Source: Candidatus Eiseniibacteriota bacterium
Lineage (GTDB): Bacteria > Eisenbacteria > RBG-16-71-46
Length of the DNA: 44,548 nt
Assembly: GCA_031364845.1 (NCBI GenBank)
Contig: JANLWX010000228.1
Span: forward strand, 1 to 44,548
Direction: 5' to 3'
Shown: positions 43,835-44,548 of the stretch, one piece after another
How the letters are laid out: every line of letters starts with the position of its first letter
Numbering within the stretch: the stretch's first letter is position 1
Notes under the pieces: generated by a model
What the model saw: the letters and a program-made list of their open reading frames with translations, nothing else
What the model was told of the DNA's origin: nothing
Database searches by the model: none
Translations under genes and position numbers: made by a program

Positions 43835-44548
43835 TCAGTCCCGGGACGCCGGTACTGCGGGCGAGTAGAGATGGCAGCGCACGGAACGATCCCCCACCGC
43901 CCGCGGCTCGGGATCGGAGTTCCAGCACACATCGAGACGCTCCGGGCAGCGTGTCGCAAACGGGCAGCCCTGATCGTGCCGTCCCGCAGGCAGGGCCTGC
44001 GCGGGTGCCGCAGCGACCGCCCTGCGGTCGGTGTCGGCGATCGAGGCGAGCAGCGCGCGGGTGTAAGGGTGCGCAGGTGTGGCGACCACCTGTTCGCTGG
44101 GCCCATCCTCGACCAGGCGGCCCCGGTAGAGCACGAGGATGCGATCCGCGAGGTAGCGGGCCGAGGCCAGATCGTGGGTGATGAGCAGGATCGCAAGCCC
44201 GCGTTCGCGCTTGAGCTGGGCCAGCAGGTTGAGCACACCCATGCGAATCGAAACATCGAGCATCGAGGTCGGCTCATCGGCGACCAGGAGATCCGGTGCG
44301 ACCGCGAGCGCCCTTGCGATGGCGACCCGCTGACGCTGACCGCCAGAAAGCGCCGAGCCGCGCGTTCCCGCAGGTGTGTCCAGACCCAGCGGCATCGGAT
44401 CGACGAAGGCTGCAACTTCGGCATCCAGCAACACCTCTGCCAGCCGCGCCGGGTCACGGTCGGTCCGGCCAAGAAGCAGGTTTTCGCGCAGGGACTCATC
44501 AAACAGCGCTGCGTCCTGACTGACCGAGGCGAGAAGCGCGCGCTGGTC
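43835..44548 (-). CDS. Partial ABC ATPase: OppF-like C-terminal half joined in frame to an MsbA-like exporter NBD fragment (5' truncated by window end)
   Basis: Frame open from 44548: DQRALLASVSQDAALFDESLRENLLLGR..LGLDTPAGTRGSALSGGQRQRVAIARAL (exporter type), then AVAPDLLVADEPTSMLDVSIRMGVLNLL..ITHDL..HPYT..GCPFATRC..C..CHL (OppF type). Confidence 0.8.
   Translation of the reverse strand, partial: DQRALLASVSQDAALFDESLRENLLLGRTDRDPARLAEVLLDAEVAAFVDPMPLGLDTPAGTRGSALSGGQRQRVAIARALAVAPDLLVADEPTSMLDVSIRMGVLNLLAQLKRERGLAILLITHDLASARYLADRILVLYRGRLVEDGPSEQVVATPAHPYTRALLASIADTDRRAVAAAPAQALPAGRHDQGCPFATRCPERLDVCWNSDPEPRAVGDRSVRCHLYSPAVPASRD

Overview
GC-rich bacterial DNA, probably from a diderm of the FCB neighbourhood. 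Candidatus Eisenbacteria-like is an inference from five secreted proteins ending in a FlgD-Ig/T9SS-like C-terminal domain. No rRNA, tRNA, CRISPR array, transposase or integrase was seen. There are four blocks. (1) 1-2916: a stand-alone CheB methylesterase, a Zn-dependent alcohol dehydrogenase behind a sigma54-type promoter, a truncated gene remnant and a small lipoprotein. (2) 3127-12393 (minus strand): a phospho-signalling/peptidoglycan operon in the order FhaA-like FHA protein, an unannotated 32-aa FhaB-like membrane peptide, PP2C phosphatase with an extracytoplasmic beta-helix, non-RD Ser/Thr kinase with four TRRT repeats and a TPR-like ectodomain, a single-chain SEDS (RodA/FtsW)-class B PBP fusion with intact catalytic motifs, and a second FhaA-like protein. 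Tiny start/stop-overlapping ORFs link the genes. It recapitulates the actinobacterial fhaA-fhaB-pstP-rodA-pbpA-pknA/B locus with different sensor domains and is the top candidate for an undescribed system. (3) 12737-30771: an SQR-like flavoprotein, a 119-bp MITE-like element, and six secreted modular proteins. (4) 30990-44548: a ROK-regulated beta-glucan utilisation locus (operator, carbohydrate-binding lipoprotein, ROK repressor, GH16, family-5 ABC importer, GH1) with no TonB-dependent receptor in the window. It instead carries a clan GH-A hydrolase fused to a predicted outer-membrane beta-barrel. The last ~200 bp are an in-frame MsbA-like/OppF-like ABC ATPase chimera that is probably an assembly join.
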